Positions 49,563 to 49,763 of a stretch of 49,763 bases of DNA are shown here, piece after piece (position 1 is the first letter of the stretch; each line of letters opens with the position of its first letter). The position numbers and the translations under genes are program-made. Origin of the DNA: Candidatus Doudnabacteria bacterium (lineage in GTDB: Bacteria > Patescibacteriota > Doudnabacteria > UBA920); the NCBI GenBank assembly GCA_003151625.1, contig PLYC01000023.1, positions 416 to 50,178 on the forward strand, given 5' to 3'. The notes below the pieces were generated by a model that searched no databases, had not been told where the DNA came from, and was given only the letters and a program-made list of their open reading frames with translations.

Positions 49563-49763
49563 AGAAAGGAGGTGATCCATCGACAGCTTCCGCTACCGAT
49601 GCCTTGTTACGACTTAGCCCCAGTTATGAGCTTCGGCTTAGGCCACCTTACGGTGAACTTTAGCCGCTTCCCACTTCCATGGCTTGACGGGCGGTGTGTA
49701 CAAAACCTGAGAACGTATTCACCGTAACGAGGCTGATTTACGGTTACTAGCGATTCCGGCTTC
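49563..49763 (-). rRNA. rrs: 16S rRNA, 3' portion (runs off the right edge)
   Basis: Minus strand GTACACACCGCCCGTCA...AAGTCGTAACAAGG...GGATCACCTCCTTTCT, including the anti-SD. Confidence 0.98.

Noticed and set aside
49509-49727. 72-aa plus-strand ORF
   Set aside because: Antisense to the 16S rRNA 3' end.

Overview
AT-rich bacterial window with a Patescibacteria (CPR)-like gene set; the lineage is an inference from gene content and divergent rRNA. It runs from the 3' end of a 16S rRNA gene (right edge, minus strand) to the 5' end of a 23S rRNA gene (left edge, minus strand), so the two are about 49 kb apart. The usual spacer tRNAs, Ile(GAT) and Ala(TGC), sit inverted near the middle as their own unit. 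Between the rRNA genes lie proBCA, ligA, a full type IV pilus cluster (pilMNO, pilB, pilT, pilC, pilins, pilD, an O-antigen-ligase-like gene), guaA/guaB/purA, three toxin-antitoxin-like pairs, and two MarR-ABC exporter cassettes. The best candidate for an undescribed system is upstream of the stand-alone 23S gene: a sigma70 promoter, a strong Shine-Dalgarno, a 14-codon Leu-rich leader ORF, and mutually exclusive antiterminator/terminator hairpins. This looks like a translation-coupled attenuator controlling rRNA synthesis, which could balance 23S against the unlinked 16S (hypothesis). A second theme is several families of short palindromic or heptamer-periodic elements that fill intergenic gaps and also sit in frame inside proA, guaA, ligA and prepilin leaders; no cognate transposase is visible in the window.
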